A DNA stretch of 54,451 nucleotides, filler included, from Sphacelaria rigidula (Eukaryota), in NCBI GenBank assembly GCA_964200075.2. It is 3 parts of 3 records of this genome, joined end to end, with 100 filler letters (N's around TTAATTAATTAA, not from the genome) between each part and the next. Parts side by side here need not be neighbours in the genome. Positions count along the whole stretch, not along the records: positions 36,373 to 54,451 come from CAXNAA020000924.1; 2 more parts are not named here. One strand, written 5' to 3'. The stretch's first letter is position 1, and each line of letters begins with the position of its first letter. Made by a program: the position numbers and the translations under genes. The notes under the pieces are model-generated. The model was not told the origin of the DNA, ran no database searches, and saw only the letters and a program-made list of their open reading frames with translations. Below are positions 48,900 to 54,451 of this stretch, in pieces.

Positions 48900-50106
48900 C
48901 AGGCTGGGCCAGCCTACAAGGGGATTTGTACTTTGTAGGCGAATTCGCAATTTTTTCTTGGAGTTGGAAAGTGAAATTTGGTATGGACAATCAACAGGGC
49001 ATGAAGAAAAGCTGTCTGTGAGGTCCCAACGATTTTTTTTTGTTTTCGTGAGTTAAGGGCATCTTACCAAACCTCGAAACTGATTTTTGCCCTTAATTCA
49101 CGAAAACAAAAAATCACCGGAACCTCACAGACAGCTTTTCTTCATCCCCGGTTGATTGCCCATACCAAATTTCACTTTCCAACTCCAAGACGAAAATTGC
49201 GAATTTACCTTTGAAAAACCGAGGCGACGGAAATTCGGAACAATATTTTGTAGGCCGTTTATCGGCCCACGTTTGGTGTTTGTGAGATTAAACCTTTGTG
49301 CGGGACCTTGCTAGGTCGTGATGAACGAAGAAAAGTGGGTGAGGGTGGGTTTTATTGTTTTTTTTCACTGACTGAGGGCGTTTTAGTCTGGTAGAGATGA
49401 CTTTTTTACGAGAACGCTCGAACCTCTCATGACGAAAAAAATGAAGCCCCGTTTTTTTTTTACTCAGCAAACCTTTGTCGTTTTCCATGCCAAGTTTTAA
49501 ATCACAATTCTAAAAATTGAGCTGAAAAATTGAGCTAAAGTCCAAGAGCAACGTTCATTTGTCCTCAAAACCCCCCAAAAAACACAAAAAAAGATGAGAA
49601 AAAAACAAAAAAAAACGGAAAAGCTGCGTTTTTTTTTTCATCGTGCACCAGCGGTTCTCCATACCAAATTTCATAGCACAACTCTCAAAAACTGAGACGC
49701 GATATCCAGTTTGAGGTCATCTAGTGCCCCTGCTCATAATATACTGATTTTAGTATAGAACCTTATGTGCGCCATTTCTCGAGATAGATGACGAATTAGG
49801 TGAAAGTGAGGGTATCTATTGTCTCCCCGTGCTCCAGGGAAGGTCCATACCAAAAATCGTCATCTGCTTGATCGATCGTTCGGGGTTTCATATAGATTTT
49901 AGTGTGGACGCTATCTCCGCTAGGTAAAGGAATTACTATACATGAGGTTTACTCGACGAGAAAAAATTGGCCCAGATTTTTGAGCAGATGGGCACCTTCC
50001 CCTTGATTAGACAATTAATACGATATGCGGATCACGGCCCAACTCGTCTGTGTCGTTGAGATATCGCTTTTAGAGCTTAAATCCGTTTTTAGGCTGGCCC
50101 ACCTCG
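48900..50106. mobile_element. Family C mariner-type element, copy 2, in ispE intron 1
   Basis: TA|CAGGCTGGGCCAGCCTA ... TAGGCTGGCCCACCTCG|TA. Homologous to 31787-32973. Internal palindrome at 48941-49206. Confidence 0.87.
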
Positions 50107-52145
50107 TACACATCACGGATCTTACACCTCCAGCATTGTTTTGGAACATTATCATCGGCTGACCATCTAGGAGTTTCCATTATTTGAGGGGGGGGCGTGC
50201 CGGCTCCCCAATCGCCAGGGAACGCGTCCCAGATCAACCATACGTGTTTCCAGGAAAATTCTAGGTCAGACAGCAGGTCTCAAGAGGTCTAGTGACTATT
50301 TTGGTAGTTGCGGACGGCGGAGTGATCACTTATTGTACCCTCCTCTTGAAGTACTGATATCGCACTCAATCTACCCGAATTTTTTATTTTTGGGGTAGAG
50401 CTAATATTCGGGTGTGATACCCGGGGACTCAAGAGTACATGCCCTACCCGACCTGCCCATGACAAAATGGTATGTTGTCGCTCCTTGAATGACACGATGA
50501 TTTTCGAAAGCTCGAATCTTCCCCGCCCCAGTGTTTCGGGACGAGTTATTGTGCTGCAAGCAACAGCGAAGGTTTTGTAAAAGACTCTCCTAAACTTATA
50601 TCCTGAGATCCAGGGAAAGTAGCTCTCACCAACTCTGTTGTGGGGCAAAAACTGACATCGCCCGACTTCCCCGACTTGAGGTGGACCTGTATTTGACCGT
50701 GTAAACAAACGATCTCTCAACCATCGAAGCACGGTCAAAACGGAGGGGTTTTGATATCTCTGCGCAGCCTTTGCCATCTGCCTACCCCTTCGCGTGTTGT
50801 AGCGAGCTGCGCATTGTTGCTGCAGTACACTCAGCGGGAATGGATATAGCGTATATTGTATGATGTGCTGTGTGCAGTGAAGAGCAAGGACATCGTACTG
50901 CTCTGTTTGTTGTATGCAGCGGCGATGAAGAAAGTCGATCTGTAGGGTACAACAACAGCACGGTACCATAGAGTGCAGTTGGGATGATTTCATACGCCAT
51001 GCAACATCAGAACATTCAGGAGGTGCATCAGCAACGCCCTGAAAGTACCGGGACTGAACAAGCAAGGCAGAGAGTAATTTGGTAGCCAGCTTGCACGAAT
51101 AACTTGTGCATGACAGCATGTACCGCCCCCTGAGCAAAACAAGACGTGTACACACACCTTGCTTGGCCAGAAAAAACGGCCTGGTGTCCTCATGAACTGA
51201 TTTCCATACGGACGCTCAACATCCTCTTGTTTGTATAAACAGGGGTGTCGTGCCACTTGAAAAACAACAGATCCAAAGCCAAAATTGACCATTAGCAATT
51301 TCGGGCGGCTGGAGGTCAAGGGGTTAACTCCTTGAGCGCCGAGACTTCCTGTTACGATAATCCGGCCTGACAGTGGCGCCGATTCGGAATATGGCAATTG
51401 TATGCGTTGATAGTCCTTTGTGACCCGTGGGCGCTAAAGCAGACAGAATACAAGTTTCCTTTGCAAGTATCGCAAGTATTATAGTCCACGTCCATGGTTG
51501 ACCGGAGGGGTTGGAGTTTCGGAGGCCTCTATATCACAATGCATAGCATTCGCAGCTGCAGCTGCCGAAGGCTCCGTCAGCACATTGGCTGCACTCGCAA
51601 CACCTCCGTATCCCGTAGAGATTGCTCTGTACTCTGCACTGAATATGGCACGGATATGCGCGCGGGAACGACCCGGCGGGCCTATGCCCTCCTGTTTTAA
51701 TGTAGGCAATGTGTCTCTTTTACTGGAACAACTATTCCGAATCCCCCCAAACAGCCAAGCCAACAGAGGCCACCTGCACAAGTGGGTGCTACAAGGGTCG
51801 GCTTTTTCTTTAAGGAGTTACACCCCGTCCTCTGGCCGGTTGTTTTGGGGAAAATGCGGAGTTCTCACAGTTGTTTCCAAGCCACATACGGATTCATCAT
51901 ATGCCAGGCAGCGCTCAGCATTTTTCTTTTCAGGATAAGGAGTTAGTACACGTGAGATATGATGGAAGATAATAGGGTAGGCCTTTTCTCTCCCGATTTA
52001 GAGGTCTTGAGAGTATGGCTCCCGGGAAATGTCGCTAAGGCCCTCCTTGCTTTTCAATGATGAAATTCAAACTTTTTCACAATCGCTGTCAAACCCCCCT
52101 CCGTGCTCCGGCCGCCTCCTTTCTGTATGTATTGGGTTGAGTCAG

Positions 52146-52310
52146 ACCGTAGGCTTCGGTGATGACTTGTATTTTGAGAGACTCCCCAAGACGGCCGACC
52201 AAGACGAGTTCGAGTGCAATATGGATGGAGTGCCCACGGATCGATCGAACCTTGTCCTGAGGGCGTTGGATTTGTTTCGACGAAAAACGACGAACGAAGA
52301 CTATTATAAG
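52146..52310 (+). CDS. ispE: ispE exon 2 (later exons not seen in the window)
   Basis: CAG| TVGFGDDLYFERLP...DGVPTDRSNLVLRALDLFRRKT...YYK |GTAACG. 165 nt, phase 0-0; continues exon 1. Confidence 0.92.
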
Positions 52311-53595
52311 GTAACGTCTACTACAACATTCTTTCTGGAACCACTTCTTGTCGAAGTGGAATTTTTTCCCTTCTTTAGTTCTGTTACTTTCGTTCATGTT
52401 TTTTTTAATGGCACTTCCAGTCGTGTCTTTCGGAGGCAAAAGAAATTTAATTCCAAAACCTGATTTTCCCGTGACTGGCGGGGGGCGATACCGCCTCAAA
52501 TCACTTTGGAATGTGATTCTTGGTCTCGGGAATATGGTTCTGAAATGCCATTCCCGGCTGTGTCTTCTTGTGTCTTCTTGGATTCAACCCAAACAATGTT
52601 GGATTCAACAACGCGCACTTTCGGCCGTGTAACTGAGCGCGGTATACCTATTTTGGGTTGGTTCCAATGAGAACTGATTTTGAAACGATGTGCTCAGTGG
52701 CCGTGACACACTCCAAACAATACAAACGCTGCGCGAATACGCCCACTTCTATTTTATTTCGTCGGTGTCTTGGTGTTGCTCATCCTGTACTGAATCGATT
52801 TCCGTGAAGTAAAGCTCCCTCCATGAAGCTGAAGAAGAGTTCTCATTAACGTGGGCACTGACTAAACATTAAATGATAGATCATCGCACATGGTCGCACA
52901 TCAACTGGTCCCCGAGGGATCCAGCCGTGGTCACAAGATATGTGTAGAAAACAGTATTTTTGTACTGGCGAACATATGAAGAAAAATGTTATTGTTATTC
53001 TCTACTTTTTTTGCCCGTGTCCACTATTTTTCAAGTGTGCCTCTGCATGTGCGAGCAAGTGCGACTGTACAGCGAGGAATCTACACATCGTATGGACTCG
53101 TAGAAGTTGAAATAGATATTCCCTGTGCAACATAAGCGTTAGCAAGGGTTGGCAAAATACCTTTTGTGTAGGAAATTATAGTTTCTCAATCATGTATCTG
53201 CAGCAGGCTGAAATTGTTCTGTTCTGTCGTACGTGTGCCACATCTGGACCGGATGACATAGTCGAAGATTTCGCACGGCCAACTTCGAACCAAGAAAAGA
53301 CAAGAGCAATTCCCTGCTTCATCATAAACTGCTGAATACTTCGTATTTGATATGTCCCAAACCGAGATATGGTTTCGAAAGGCAGATTTTGAGCATGCCC
53401 AACCGTAACGATAAAAGACAGTGAGCCGGTGTATTTTTTCTCCCGAAACGACACTTGTCGTACCGATGATCAGATTTCGATGTAGCGATCCGGTTCGGCA
53501 GATCCAACCCAACCAGAGCGGGACCAGAATGGGAATATATATGATCGGCTTTGCCGAATCACACGTGATCATTTCTGAACCAGATGGCAAATGCT

Positions 53596-54050
53596 TCCGA
53601 GGTTGCAACATCTGTGAAAGCTAGAGAGTTTGATTTTTATTAACTGCATCCACACAATTCAAACGGCCCTCACAACCTGAGGGAAGGTGGCCGCTTCGGG
53701 TCCAGTGAAACATCCGAAGGTACCATCGAACAGCAATACAAAACTCTTCTGGGATCGGCATCAGGCAGTCCTTGAAGAACTGAACAGAAATTGACAAGTC
53801 ACCGTTCGTATTAGAAAACAATGCGCATGGAACGCTTTGCAGGTTGGAAAATACGGATTTTAATGGAAAGAAACGTCTCCGGGCCCCCTTTTGTGTTGTA
53901 TCTGCCTGTCAAAAGTCTTTCCTTGTTCATCAATGCCTGGCTGGGGGACAGGGAAGCCGTCCTCCCTCAGGTTTTGAGAGCCGTTTGAATTGTGTGGATG
54001 CAGTTCATAAAAATCAAACTCTCTAGCTTTCACAGATGTTGCGACTTCGG
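53596..54050. mobile_element. Long-TIR (foldback/Mutator-like) MITE in ispE intron 2
   Basis: CAACATCTGTGAAAGCTAGAGAGTTTGATTTTTAT.AACTGCATCCACACAATTCAAACGGC (53605-) is inverted at ~53978-54041. Arms are ~95 bp; TSD not resolved. Confidence 0.8.
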
Positions 54051-54451
54051 TGCAGTTTGTTACCGTGACCACCTCTGAGCAGACGGGAGTACGCGCGGTA
54101 GAGCAACGAAAGGTAGCTATGATCCGGTTTGCCTGCCGTACTGCCGACAGCGTCGCGTGAAAGCCACAAGACCCTTGCTGTCGGCGGTTGATGGCGTGGG
54201 TCTCGAATACAACGACATGCGGTTGATCGTAGAGCACTCTCGTCTCTCCTCCCAACTTGTGATAATCCATGACCTCCTGACATCGGAATAATTATTGCTT
54301 ATTGGAAGCTACTCGTACCTGTACCGAGCTGTCCACGCGACCAGCGTGTGCTGCAGATTGCCTATGCGCCACGCTAGCAGCAGTTAGGTCACCACCATAG
54401 GTATCTTTTCTCACTCCGCATGTGAAAAAGGTCTCTACAAGTGTTTGATCT

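Overview
Eukaryotic, intron-rich and transposon-dense DNA, most likely a brown alga (Phaeophyceae), judging by the EsV-1-7 repeats and a bipartite signal + ASAFAP-type plastid leader. The window is probably not one locus. Two identical 100-nt artificial spacers (44 N + TTAATTAATTAA + 44 N) join three pieces of 18,087, 18,085 and 18,079 nt, which look like size-sorted contigs. Contig 1 (1-18087) has a candidate tiny WW-domain gene, a decayed DIRS/Ngaro tyrosine-recombinase retroelement with an internal ~98-bp triplication, MITEs and two exons of an unidentified gene. Contig 2 (18188-36272) has a rearranged Copia abutting a Gypsy relic, a 98-bp Ginger-like micro-element, a mariner-type MITE with a long palindrome, and an intronless array of 23 x 114-bp EsV-1-7 (C-X4-C-X16-C-X2-H) repeats with frameshifts. 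Contig 3 (36373-54451) has three formin FH2 exons, a stack of Gypsy, LINE, hAT and MITE relics, and the first two exons of plastid-targeted ispE. The most interesting item is the EsV-1-7 array, whose variation is concentrated in three patches per repeat, as in TALE or PRDM9-type arrays. All calls were made by eye; no database searches were run.
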